Shown here: positions 1 through 9,518 of the stretch, piece after piece | Layout of the letters: each line of letters opens with the position of its first letter | Numbering within the stretch: the stretch's first letter is position 1 | NCBI GenBank assembly: GCA_035603395.1 | Contig: DATNKM010000063.1 | Location: 3,065 to 67,064 of the forward strand | Reading direction: 5' to 3' | Length of the DNA stretch: 64,000 bases | Origin: Candidatus Acidiferrales bacterium | GTDB lineage: Bacteria; Acidobacteriota; Terriglobia; Acidiferrales; UBA7541 | Position numbers and translations under genes: made by a program | Notes under the pieces: generated by a model | The model's database searches: none | The model's input: only the letters and a program-made list of their open reading frames with translations | What the model was told of the DNA's origin: nothing

Positions 1-838
<838 letters not shown>

Positions 839-847
839 CCGTGGCTC

Positions 848-1387
848 CTATTCCGATTCCAGCTGTTCGCGCATACGGTCCAGTTGCGCGCGCACCGAAC
901 TGTCGTACACCGTCGAACCTACGCGCACGACGGTGCCGCCCACGAGCGATTCGTCCTCGTGGAATTGCGCTTCGATTTTCTTTTTCGTCTGCCCTTCCAG
1001 CATTTCGATCAGCTTCTTGCGTTCATCGGCGCCCAGCGCTTGGGCCGACGTCACCACTGCCTCGGCGATATTCTGCCGCGCGTTCAGGTCCACGCGGAAC
1101 ATCTCCTGAATCTCGAACAGCAGCTCCGTGCGGTGGTGATCCACCAGCAGGCACAGGAAATTCCGCACCGAAGGCGCCAGCTCCATCACCGCGCCGATCT
1201 TCTGGATCACTTGGAGCTTGGCTTCGCGGCCTACCGACGGGCTTTCCAGCGTGTGGCGCAGATCGGCCGAATGCGCGAACGCTTCGGCGAACGCCGCGAG
1301 ATCGCTCTTCACGCGATCGGCATTGTTCTGATCAAGCGCCACGTCCACCAGCGCCGCGGCGTATCGTGATGAAACCGGCCCGTTCAA
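848..1387 (-). CDS. atpH: F1 ATP synthase subunit delta (OSCP)
   Basis: 179-aa ORF beginning SRYAAALVDVALDQNN... and ending ...GGTVVRVGSTVYDSSVRAQLDRMREQL, which is the typical delta/OSCP pattern. It lies between atpF and atpA. Confidence 0.9.
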   Translation of the reverse strand: MNGPVSSRYAAALVDVALDQNNADRVKSDLAAFAEAFAHSADLRHTLESPSVGREAKLQVIQKIGAVMELAPSVRNFLCLLVDHHRTELLFEIQEMFRVDLNARQNIAEAVVTSAQALGADERKKLIEMLEGQTKKKIEAQFHEDESLVGGTVVRVGSTVYDSSVRAQLDRMREQLESE

Positions 1388-1408
1388 ATCGATGTCCTCT
1401 GTTTTCTA

Positions 1409-2017
1409 TTAGCTCTTCGCTTGCCGCTGTCCAACCAGCGATGACATCACGGTCACAAATTCGAAGAAGCGAGTGGATTCAACCTTCGGCTGCAATTCTT
1501 TCCGCAGCAGCGCTTCGGCGCGCTCGACGGCCATTCCCGCAGCCAGCGTCTTCAATTCCAGCCGCGCGGCGTGTTCCGTGGCGGCGACTTCCGCCTGCGC
1601 GGCGCGTTCGATCATTTCGGCTTCGGCCCTCGCCAGACCCTTGATGCGTTCCGCTTCCAGCGCCGCCGCTCTCCGGGCCTCGTCGCGAATCTTCGCAACT
1701 TCGGTGTCGATCGTTGCCAGCTTGGCTTGCGCCTCGGCACGCCGCTTTTCGGCAGCCTCGCGGGCCCGCGCGCCTTCGGCGATCTTCTGAGAGATTTCCT
1801 CGGCGTGGCTGCGGAAATAGGCCGGCGCACTCCTGAAGAGATAAAGAAGTATGACCACAACGAGAACGAAGTTGATCCAGCGGAAAACCTGACCGGTCGG
1901 CGAATCCTCGAGCTTGGGCTTGACTGCTTCCTGCGCCAGCACGGGAGCGGCGAACAGAAAGAAAGCGACTGCGAACCGCGCTGTCGAGCTCATCAGGTTT
2001 CGGGCGGAGCGAATCAT
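1409..2017 (-). CDS. atpF: F0 ATP synthase subunit b
   Basis: The C-terminal 202 aa of the 402-aa track ORF carry one N-terminal TM (FVLVVVILLYLF) followed by a long Ala/Glu/Arg-rich helix. The ATG at 2017 overlaps the upstream stop (ATGA). The upstream extension of the track ORF is Arg/Gly-rich junk. An alternative start is 1993. Confidence 0.85.
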   Translation of the reverse strand: MIRSARNLMSSTARFAVAFFLFAAPVLAQEAVKPKLEDSPTGQVFRWINFVLVVVILLYLFRSAPAYFRSHAEEISQKIAEGARAREAAEKRRAEAQAKLATIDTEVAKIRDEARRAAALEAERIKGLARAEAEMIERAAQAEVAATEHAARLELKTLAAGMAVERAEALLRKELQPKVESTRFFEFVTVMSSLVGQRQAKS

Positions 2018-2484
2018 CTCGCCGCGCCTCGTCCAGCGTCTCCAGTGGGTCTGCGCAGAATGGCTTGCACGATCTGGCCCGCGAGTTCCGGCGTGGAGCG
2101 CTCGACTTCCGCTCGCGCTGCTTCCAGCTCCGCGGCGATACGCTTTTTTGCGGCGTTCACGTCGTCCTGGGCGTGCGCCCGCATCGTTTTCAGCAGTCTG
2201 GCGCGGCCATCGAGAGCTTCCTGGCGCGCCGCTTCCTGCTCGGCGTAGATTTCTACCCGCGCTTTGCGCAGCGCTTCGTGGTAGGTATCGAGTTCCTGCT
2301 TCGCTCCAGCTTCGGCGGCCGCAGCTTCCGCGCGGGCGCCTTCGATTTTCGCGCTGCGCTCTGCCATCGCCCTCATGATCGGGCCGAAAAACGCCCAGCG
2401 CATGAAAAAGTAGAAGAGGAGAACGACGATAACCGTCGGCACAGCACCGAGAAACAGTTTTTCGAGCTGGTGGACGATTTCCAT
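2014..2484 (-). CDS. F0 ATP synthase subunit b' (second b-type subunit)
   Basis: 156 aa with an N-terminal TM (VPTVIVVLLFYFFMRWAFFGP) followed by a charged Ala/Glu/Arg helix. It has a 4-nt overlap with atpF. Confidence 0.8.
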   Translation of the reverse strand: MEIVHQLEKLFLGAVPTVIVVLLFYFFMRWAFFGPIMRAMAERSAKIEGARAEAAAAEAGAKQELDTYHEALRKARVEIYAEQEAARQEALDGRARLLKTMRAHAQDDVNAAKKRIAAELEAARAEVERSTPELAGQIVQAILRRPTGDAGRGAAR

Positions 2485-2588
2485 CGTGGCGGAAAGGTAC
2501 TGCGGTCAATCTCCTGGTTGTTTTTTCGAATCCCGGCGTGCTTTTCGCCGCCGCACCACGCGCGCGAGCGGCAAAACTAAGGCGAGAA

Positions 2589-2617
2589 ATTATCGCATCG
2601 GCTCCGCCGCCCGTCAA
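2589..2617 (-). promoter_or_regulatory. Candidate sigma70 promoter for atpF'-atpF-atpH-atpA
   Basis: The minus strand reads TTGACG (2617-2612), a 17-nt spacer, then GATAAT (2594-2589). This sits about 100 nt upstream of the atpF' ATG. Confidence 0.5.
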
Positions 2618-2712
2618 ATGGTTTGGGCCAATCAGCCGTTCAAGCGAACGCGATGTTGTCGTTCAATTCTGCCCAAGACTAAGGATTACACTAAACGCGG
2701 AGAGCACGGAGA

Positions 2713-2747
2713 AGGCCCGAAGACAACGCAAGCGCGTCGCTCCGGGC
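2713..2747 (-). terminator. Candidate hairpin downstream of the TonB-dependent receptor gene
   Basis: GGCCCGAAG ... CTCCGGGCC arms pair at 8 of 9 positions, with an inner ACGC/GCGT pairing. It lies about 30 nt after the stop at 2775. The trailing tract is only weakly U-rich. Confidence 0.3.
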
Positions 2748-2774
2748 CCATCGAGACTTGTTCCTAATACTCGC

Positions 2775-5700
2775 TTAGAACGTCAGCTTCAGCGCAAACT
2801 GAATCTCGCGCTGGCTGTTTGGAACCGTGCCACCGATGAAGCCGGGCGGTGAGGCATCGGGAGTACCGCCGCCGGCCCCGTCGGACCCGCTGAAGAGCGC
2901 CGCATTCGGACCAACGAAATCGGTGCGATTTGCTATGTTGAAGAACTCAGCGCGGAACTGAAGTCCGACCGTTTCCGTGATCTTGGTATCCTTCAGCAGC
3001 GCGAAGTCCAAATTGATCAGACGCGGACCTACGAGCGTGTTTCTCTTCAGGTTGCCGAGTGTGCCCGCCGGTTCGAGCGAATAGCACGCCGGATTAAACC
3101 ATAGCGGCTCGACGAGTCCGGCAGCAGGATTGAGCTCCCTCTTCCTGATATACGGATCGCAGCCTGGGACAACATTGGGACGCGGGATCGCGGCGTTGGA
3201 GTCTATGCCGGCTTGATCGAACCCGTCGGTCACCGTGAATGGAGATCCACTCTGAGCAGTGAAAATCCCGCTGACTTGCCATCCTTCGACAAGCCTATTT
3301 CCATGGAAAGGCAACAAATATACGACGTTGGCCACGAAATTGTGACGCAGGTCGAAGTTGCAATTGCCGCGGTCAAGGGCGGGGTAGTAGGGATCGAGCT
3401 GGCCCTGAGCGTTCTCCCCCTCGGGTCCATACGCTGCAGAACCATCGTCAATGCAGTGCGAATAGGTGTAGGAAGCCTGCATGGTGACGCCTCTGGCCGC
3501 GTGGCGGACCACGTTCACCTGAAGCGAATTGTAGCTGGAATGCCCGGCCGGAAGACCCTCATTAACGTAACCATAGTTGTCGTTAACGCGCTGCGTAATC
3601 GGCTCGACGCCCACAAAAGGAACAAGGCCACCGAAAAAGCAGCTCGACAGGTTAGCGGGCGTCGGGGTGCAAGGTGAACCTGAAGCGTTAACAACTCCGC
3701 CGGCGCCCACCGTGACCGCCGTACTCGTCAGCGACGGATTCACGTTCCGTTGAATCATCAGGTGGGAGCCTTCGGAGCCGACGTAACCTACGGTCAGGAT
3801 CGTGCCCTTGCCGAGATCGTGCTGGATGTTCAGGTTATATTGTTGCTGATAGGGTGCATTCGTTATGTTGAAAGGAACCCCGTCGTCAACCTGCGTGCAG
3901 TTTGCCGCTATGGCGGGGCACCCGGTCGGAGGTACCGTCGGCGGATTCGGAGCGGGATAGGACGCGGGAAACATGTTTGGGAAGCCGGGGCTAAATTGAA
4001 GAGTGAAAATGTAGGGAGCCGAAAAATAGTATGCGGAAGCGTAGGTACGAGGAGCAATGGGATCATGGAAGATTCCATAGCCCGCGCGGAGGGAGGTCTT
4101 ATGGTCTCCGAAAACATCCCAAGCCACGCCGACACGCGGATCAATATTCTTCCTGTTGGGGCTGGTGGCAAACACGTGATGTTCCAGAGTGAATGCCCCG
4201 TCACCAAACGGCGGATCCGTAATGGCATAGAGCGGCCAGCCCGACGGATTGCTGCCGTACTCGTAGCGGACGCCAAGATTCAGAGTCAGACGCGGGCTGA
4301 TCTTCCAACTGTCGTTGATGTACGGAGTGACGTCAATTTCCCGGAAGTAGCGATTGGGATCGGCCGTAAACGGGCTAGGATAGGCACCATACGACTCGAA
4401 CGGAGTGCCTTCCAAGACGCTGGGAGCGGTGAAGAAGAGGTAAAATCCGCCCCATTCGAAGGGGGCGTCGATATTGGACTGGACCCTGGCAATGTCCGCG
4501 CCAAATGTAATGGTATGCGCCCCGCGGGTCCAGGCGACATCATCTCCGGCGCCGAACTTATTCTGAACGAGCTCGTCGGGGGCCAATATGCCGGCGCCCA
4601 CTCCAGCGAAGGGGAGCGGGACTATGAGAGCATCCTGGGCAAATTGGCGGCCCGGAAAGAGGCCCAAGGGGTCACTCGACCCGCTGATTCCCGGCTCCGA
4701 GACCGATCGCTCGTTGGTCCGGACGAAAGTGAATCGGGCCTCGTTTACGACGTTGGCGGAAAATAAATGCTTCTCCTCGAGAGTGAAGTATTGGTTTCTG
4801 GTTGTGTCCAGTTCCGGCCAGGAAGGCAAAGTGGATCCGAATGTTGGAAACGGTACAACGCTGTTTGCGCGGTCGGAAACATACCGTCCAAACAGGGTAT
4901 CGCTTGGGGAAAGCGTGTAATCGACGCGCCCTAGAACATAGTTTTCATTCTGCACGAGGCTGCCAGTGGTAGTGGTGAGGAAATAGCCGCCCTGATCCGC
5001 CGCCGCCGCGGCGCCGGTCTGGAAAGGTGTATACAGGCCCAACAAACCCGCTATCGTCGCGGCGGCGGCCGGCTGCGTGGAGCCACAGCCAAAGGGTATG
5101 TAGGTGTACGGGCCTCCCGTTGTTGGAGCGGGCGTGGGCGGAATGCCCCCCGTGCAACTTGCGGGGAACGGCCCTGCGGCGGCGACGACACTACTCGGTA
5201 ACCATCCGTTATTTACATATGGTTCCGGAACGGCCACGTTTGGGGTCGATTGCCCGAGCGATTGTCGCAGACCTTCATAATTCGCGAAGAAGAACAACTT
5301 GTCTTTCTTGATCGGGCCGCCCACGCTGCCGCCGAACTGGTTCCTACGGAACTCCGGCTTGTCCGGTTCCTGACCCGCCGCGGTGGGGAAGAAATCATAA
5401 TAGCTCCGCGAATCTAGAGCCGAGTTGCGCAAGAATTCGTAGGCAGAGCCGTGGAACTCATTCGTTCCAGACCTGGAAACCGCGTTGACCACCGAGCCGT
5501 TGCCGCCGAATTGCGCGCTATACGTGTTCGTGAGTACCGAGAACTCCTGAATCGCTTCAATTCCGAGCGAGGTGCCCAGGGCGCCCGAGCCAGCCTGGTG
5601 ATTCCAGAAATCGGACACGTCCGTGTAGTCCAACAGGAACTGCTCTCCTTCGGTTCTGGCTCCCGCGATCGAAAAGTTGTCTCCGTTGCCATACAGAGAT

Positions 5701-6239
5701 CCGCCCGGTGCAGGAGGAGCCGGCGTGACGCCGGGCGCCAAGTTTATCAGTTGCTCAAAGTTGCGGCCGTTCAGCGGCAGGTCGCGCATCTGCTCGCCAT
5801 TCACCAGAGAGGAAAGGGCGGTAGATTCCGTTTCCACCTGCGAAACCGTGGATTCCACCGTGACGGTTTGCTGGCTCTGTCCTACTGGTAGAGATAGATC
5901 GACGACGAGTTCGCTGCCAACCGTGATGGCGACACCTTTATGGATCACCGTCTCGAATCCTTGCTTGGAGGCCTGCACGTCGTACGTGCTTACATTCAGA
6001 TCGGGCAGGTTGTATCGGCCCTGATCGTTGGACACCGTGGTTTGCGTTACTCCCGTTGCCGTATTTTTGACTGCGATGTTGGCGCCGGCGATTATCGCTC
6101 CGCTGGCATCCGTCACCGTGCCGGAAATAGTTCCCGTAATGGCTTGCGCTTCGAGGCGCTTCGCGCCGACTGCCAAAAGCAATGCTCCGCCCAGAACGCA
6201 AATAAAAGCGAACTCAATCACTTTAGGGCCCTTGAACAT
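2775..6239 (-). CDS. TonB-dependent outer-membrane receptor with N-terminal carboxypeptidase-regulatory-like domain
   Basis: The start is set at ATG 6239, 8 nt after a GGAGG. There is a signal-like N-terminus (MFKGPKVIEFAFICVLGGALLLAVGAKRLEAQA), then ITGTISGTVTDASGAIIAGANIAVKNTATGVTQTTVSNDQGRYNLPDL (CarboxypepD_reg-like). The body is a long Gly/Asn/Tyr-rich beta-barrel-type sequence ending in ...QFALKLTF (C-terminal Phe). Confidence 0.85.
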   Translation of the reverse strand: MFKGPKVIEFAFICVLGGALLLAVGAKRLEAQAITGTISGTVTDASGAIIAGANIAVKNTATGVTQTTVSNDQGRYNLPDLNVSTYDVQASKQGFETVIHKGVAITVGSELVVDLSLPVGQSQQTVTVESTVSQVETESTALSSLVNGEQMRDLPLNGRNFEQLINLAPGVTPAPPAPGGSLYGNGDNFSIAGARTEGEQFLLDYTDVSDFWNHQAGSGALGTSLGIEAIQEFSVLTNTYSAQFGGNGSVVNAVSRSGTNEFHGSAYEFLRNSALDSRSYYDFFPTAAGQEPDKPEFRRNQFGGSVGGPIKKDKLFFFANYEGLRQSLGQSTPNVAVPEPYVNNGWLPSSVVAAAGPFPASCTGGIPPTPAPTTGGPYTYIPFGCGSTQPAAAATIAGLLGLYTPFQTGAAAAADQGGYFLTTTTGSLVQNENYVLGRVDYTLSPSDTLFGRYVSDRANSVVPFPTFGSTLPSWPELDTTRNQYFTLEEKHLFSANVVNEARFTFVRTNERSVSEPGISGSSDPLGLFPGRQFAQDALIVPLPFAGVGAGILAPDELVQNKFGAGDDVAWTRGAHTITFGADIARVQSNIDAPFEWGGFYLFFTAPSVLEGTPFESYGAYPSPFTADPNRYFREIDVTPYINDSWKISPRLTLNLGVRYEYGSNPSGWPLYAITDPPFGDGAFTLEHHVFATSPNRKNIDPRVGVAWDVFGDHKTSLRAGYGIFHDPIAPRTYASAYYFSAPYIFTLQFSPGFPNMFPASYPAPNPPTVPPTGCPAIAANCTQVDDGVPFNITNAPYQQQYNLNIQHDLGKGTILTVGYVGSEGSHLMIQRNVNPSLTSTAVTVGAGGVVNASGSPCTPTPANLSSCFFGGLVPFVGVEPITQRVNDNYGYVNEGLPAGHSSYNSLQVNVVRHAARGVTMQASYTYSHCIDDGSAAYGPEGENAQGQLDPYYPALDRGNCNFDLRHNFVANVVYLLPFHGNRLVEGWQVSGIFTAQSGSPFTVTDGFDQAGIDSNAAIPRPNVVPGCDPYIRKRELNPAAGLVEPLWFNPACYSLEPAGTLGNLKRNTLVGPRLINLDFALLKDTKITETVGLQFRAEFFNIANRTDFVGPNAALFSGSDGAGGGTPDASPPGFIGGTVPNSQREIQFALKLTF

Positions 6240-6315
6240 ATATGGCCTCCGGTTCGATTGTCGGGATCTCTGGTATTGCGGGTTGACGGGCCCCCCGGCA
6301 CGTCTCATAGGCGCG

Positions 6316-6344
6316 CTTTTACTACCCATATGTATGCATGTCAA
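6316..6344 (-). promoter_or_regulatory. Weak candidate promoter for the receptor gene
   Basis: The minus strand reads TTGACA (6344-6339), a 17-nt spacer, then TAAAAG (6321-6316). The -10 element is poor. Confidence 0.3.
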
Positions 6345-6410
6345 GGGAAATACGTCCTGGAGCTGCACTTAGCTAGATTGCCATCGAGGCTCGCGGAACT
6401 TTCCGAGCGA

Positions 6411-8531
6411 TTAACTTGCCGCACCGCGAGCGTCGACATCTGCGTCCCTGAGAAGCCCGGCCAATTTATCCTGGTCGGAAACCGGAGGGAAGCAGGTGGT
6501 TTCGATGCAAACGTAAGCTTGCGGATTCCCAACATCGATTTGCGGGATTGTTTCGCGGAGGGCGGCGGGCAATCCGGCGCCAGAGAGGGTTTCGGGCGTG
6601 ACGCGCAGGACGGCTTTTCCGTAGCGATAAACGGAGCGAGCGGATTTTTCGAGCGCGGCGGCTTGGGCGTCGCCGGTTGCGCCGGTAATGACGACCTGGA
6701 TCGAATGGCGCGAGTGGAGCAGCGCGCCGAGCGCGTAGGTTGAGGCGAAAAGTCCGTATTGCGGGATCAGGCCGACGAACGCCTCAAGAGTTTTTTCGGC
6801 CCATTCGCGGTAGAGGCGCTCGCCGGTGAATCCGTGCAGGCGGTCGAGGACGATCGCGGCGACTGAATTTCCGCCCGGCGTGGGCGAATCCTGCAGCGGC
6901 TTGCGGCGGACATCGAGGCCGCCCATCGGCGCGGCGTCTTTCGCGCGATCGAAGAACCCGCCGCCTTCCGGATCGCCGAACCGCTCGATGGCCAATAGCA
7001 TGGCGCGTTCGGCAATTTTGAAATAGCGGCGCTCGAGCGTGCTCTCGTATGCGTCGAGCAGCGCGGCGACGGCGAAGACGTGATCGTCGAGTGAGCCTTC
7101 GAGACGCGGGCCGCCCACGCGGTGTAGAAATCCTTTTGATGGATCCCAGGCCTCGGCGAGGATACGGTCAAGCGTCTTCAGCGCGAATTCGCGGCAATCG
7201 GCACGATCGAGGACGTGCGCCGCATCGAGATACGCCGAAACGAACATCGAATTCCAGCCGACGTAAAGCGTTTCGTCGATCGCGGGAATGGGACGGCGTT
7301 CGCGGCGCGCCGCTAGCATTTTGCCCTTCGCGCGGGCGAGCAAAATGCGCGCGTTCGCTTCGTCCATGCCCAGCTTTTTCGCGAGCGCTTCGATGTTCGA
7401 CCCGATCCAGAGGACGTTTTTTTCGGCGTTGTGGTGCATCTCGCCCCGCGGGTCGATGTCGTAATACGCTTCGGCTACGCGGGATTCCTCCGGCGCGAGG
7501 ACGGCGCGGGCCTCTTGCTGCGTCCAGGTGAAATAGTCACCATCATCGTCGAGCGTCTGGTCCGCGTCCTGGCTGGCATAAAATCCGCCGCGCGCGGGAT
7601 CGGAGAGGACTTCGCCGACCCAGGCGATAATGCCCTCGGCTGTTTCGCGGAAGAGCGGTTTGCCCGTTACTTGGTACCCGTGGAGGTAATTCCGCAGAAG
7701 CTCGGAATTGTCGTAGGTCATTTTTTCAAAATGCGGGACGCACCAGCGCTCGTCCACCGAGTAGCGGTGGAAGCCGCCGGCAATCTGGTCGTAGACCCCT
7801 CCCAGGGCCATGCCTTCGAGCGTACGCTCGGCCATCTGCAGCAGCTCGGGGGTGCGCGTGGATTGGTAACGCTCGAGCAGCAGATCGACCGTGCCGGCGT
7901 GCGGAAATTTTGGCTGATGCCCGAAGCCGCCGTGGGTAGGATCAAATTGCTGGTGCGCGGAATCGATCACCGAATCGATCACGCGCGCGTCGAACACTCC
8001 TCGCGCACCGTGAAAGACTTCTGACTTGGCGACGGCTTCGGCGAGGGCGTCGGCCGATTGATCCACGTCTGCGCGCCGCGATTTGAAAGCGTCGGCGATC
8101 GCGAGCAGAATGCGCTTGAAACCAGGCCTGCCGCCGGCGTCGTCGGGCGGGAAGTAGGTGCCGCCGAAAAACGGTTTGCCGTCCGGAGTGAGGAATGCGG
8201 TCAGCGGCCAGCCGCCCTGTCCGGAAAGCGCGCTGACGGCGGACTGGTAGCGCGCGTCGACGTCGGGGCGCTCGTCGCGGTCGACTTTGACCGGGATGTA
8301 GAGCTTGTTGATCATCGCCGCGATTTCGGGATTCTCGTAGCTCTCGCGGTCGATGACGTGGCACCAGTGACACCAGACGGCGCCGATATCAAGCAGGACA
8401 GGTTTTTCCTCCGCACGAGCTTTCGCGAACGCTTCCTCGCCCCATTCGTTCCAGTCGATGGGCTGGTGCGCGGCGGAACGCAGGTAGGGGCTGGCGGAAT
8501 TCTTAAGGCGGTTTTCAGGGACGTCAGACAT
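6411..8531 (-). CDS. Thioredoxin-domain protein of the DUF255 / YyaL type (thioredoxin fold plus six-hairpin glycosidase-like domain)
   Basis: N-terminus reads [65 protein letters not shown]. At 706 aa the length is typical of this family. Confidence 0.8.
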   Translation of the reverse strand: MSDVPENRLKNSASPYLRSAAHQPIDWNEWGEEAFAKARAEEKPVLLDIGAVWCHWCHVIDRESYENPEIAAMINKLYIPVKVDRDERPDVDARYQSAVSALSGQGGWPLTAFLTPDGKPFFGGTYFPPDDAGGRPGFKRILLAIADAFKSRRADVDQSADALAEAVAKSEVFHGARGVFDARVIDSVIDSAHQQFDPTHGGFGHQPKFPHAGTVDLLLERYQSTRTPELLQMAERTLEGMALGGVYDQIAGGFHRYSVDERWCVPHFEKMTYDNSELLRNYLHGYQVTGKPLFRETAEGIIAWVGEVLSDPARGGFYASQDADQTLDDDGDYFTWTQQEARAVLAPEESRVAEAYYDIDPRGEMHHNAEKNVLWIGSNIEALAKKLGMDEANARILLARAKGKMLAARRERRPIPAIDETLYVGWNSMFVSAYLDAAHVLDRADCREFALKTLDRILAEAWDPSKGFLHRVGGPRLEGSLDDHVFAVAALLDAYESTLERRYFKIAERAMLLAIERFGDPEGGGFFDRAKDAAPMGGLDVRRKPLQDSPTPGGNSVAAIVLDRLHGFTGERLYREWAEKTLEAFVGLIPQYGLFASTYALGALLHSRHSIQVVITGATGDAQAAALEKSARSVYRYGKAVLRVTPETLSGAGLPAALRETIPQIDVGNPQAYVCIETTCFPPVSDQDKLAGLLRDADVDARGAAS

Positions 8532-9008
8532 GGTGCGGAACTCCGAAGTCGCGTGTCACTTCGCGAGGGTGCCGAACGTTTGTTTTCAGTGAGATAGACT
8601 GAAAACGACCTTGCATGGTGTGACAGTTCGCATAGCGCGATTGGTGGTTGCCGACGGCTGATCGCCAACTGACGCGCGGGCTGGCCCCGACCTGCGCCTG
8701 TGGACTTTTTTCTGGTTCTCGTCCAGCGCCGCCGGGAGCTTCAGGGGCTGAAGCCCAGCTTCCTGGATCGTGCTTTTCTCGCCCGTAAACGGACGACCCG
8801 CAATGCTTTTGCGGATGTGCAGTTCGAGTTTTTCGTTCGCACTTCACATTCATTCCGCGTACGGCTGCACGTCCACGTTAGCAGGATCAGGGCGAAATGA
8901 AAGCGCGGAAAACGGATTGCGAAGGACGGGGGCAATTGCTGTCCTGCAAAAACCGGGGCACGTGGCGGAGGGGGGGAAGTTAGATCCTCGCGAGTCCGAA
9001 AAATGCGC

Positions 9009-9051
9009 TTGCAACTCTTACGGCATTATCGTAGTCTTACATACAGTTGTA
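9009..9051 (+). promoter_or_regulatory. Candidate promoter plus BlaI/MecI-type TACA-NN-TGTA operator upstream of the blaI-like gene
   Basis: TTGCAA (9009-9014), a 17-nt spacer, then TAGTCT (9032-9037), followed immediately by TACATACAGTTGTA. This contains the dyad TACA-GT-TGTA at 9042-9051, 16 nt before the ATG at 9067. Confidence 0.4.
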
Positions 9052-9066
9052 GTAGGACAAGAGGCC

Positions 9067-9447
9067 ATGTCACTACCAAAACTGAGCAAGCTCGATTTGC
9101 AAATCATGCAGGCGCTGTGGGTGCGCGGTCCGCTATCGATTCGCGAAATTCAGGAGTCGTTTCCGGATCGCGGCCGTCCCGCGTATACGACGGTGCAGAC
9201 GATTGTCTATCGCTTGGAAGCGAAGAAGGCCGTGCGGCGAGCGAAGAAAATCAGCAACGCGCATATTTTCGAAGCGGTGATTTCGCGCAACGCGGCACAG
9301 AGCAAGCTGATCGATGATTTTCTGGGAATTTTCGGCGGTCAGGCGCAGCCCGTGATGGCGCATTTGATCGAAACCGGAAAGCTGACGCTGGAAGATGTGC
9401 ACGAGGCGGAGAAGATTCTTCGCAAACTATCCAAGAAGGAGAAGTGA
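9067..9447 (+). CDS. BlaI/MecI/CopY-family winged-helix transcriptional repressor
   Basis: MSLPKLSKLDLQIMQALWVRGPLSIREIQESFPDRGRPAYTTVQTIVYRLEAKKAVRR... is the typical penicillinase-repressor fold sequence. An AGGA lies upstream of the ATG at 9067. The track ORF (8770) is over-extended. Confidence 0.85.
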   Translation: MSLPKLSKLDLQIMQALWVRGPLSIREIQESFPDRGRPAYTTVQTIVYRLEAKKAVRRAKKISNAHIFEAVISRNAAQSKLIDDFLGIFGGQAQPVMAHLIETGKLTLEDVHEAEKILRKLSKKEK

Positions 9448-9518
9448 ATCCGCCCCCTAGCTTGTGATTGAAGAACCGTGATCAGCGGCGACGCTCGATC
9501 CGTCAAGGAGAAGTAAAC

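Noticed and set aside
1409-2617. 402-aa version of the atpF ORF with a 200-aa N-terminal extension
   Set aside because: The extension is Arg/Gly/Ser-rich, overlaps the b' gene completely, and a b subunit needs only ~200 aa. The ATG at 2017 forms an ATGA overlap with the upstream stop.
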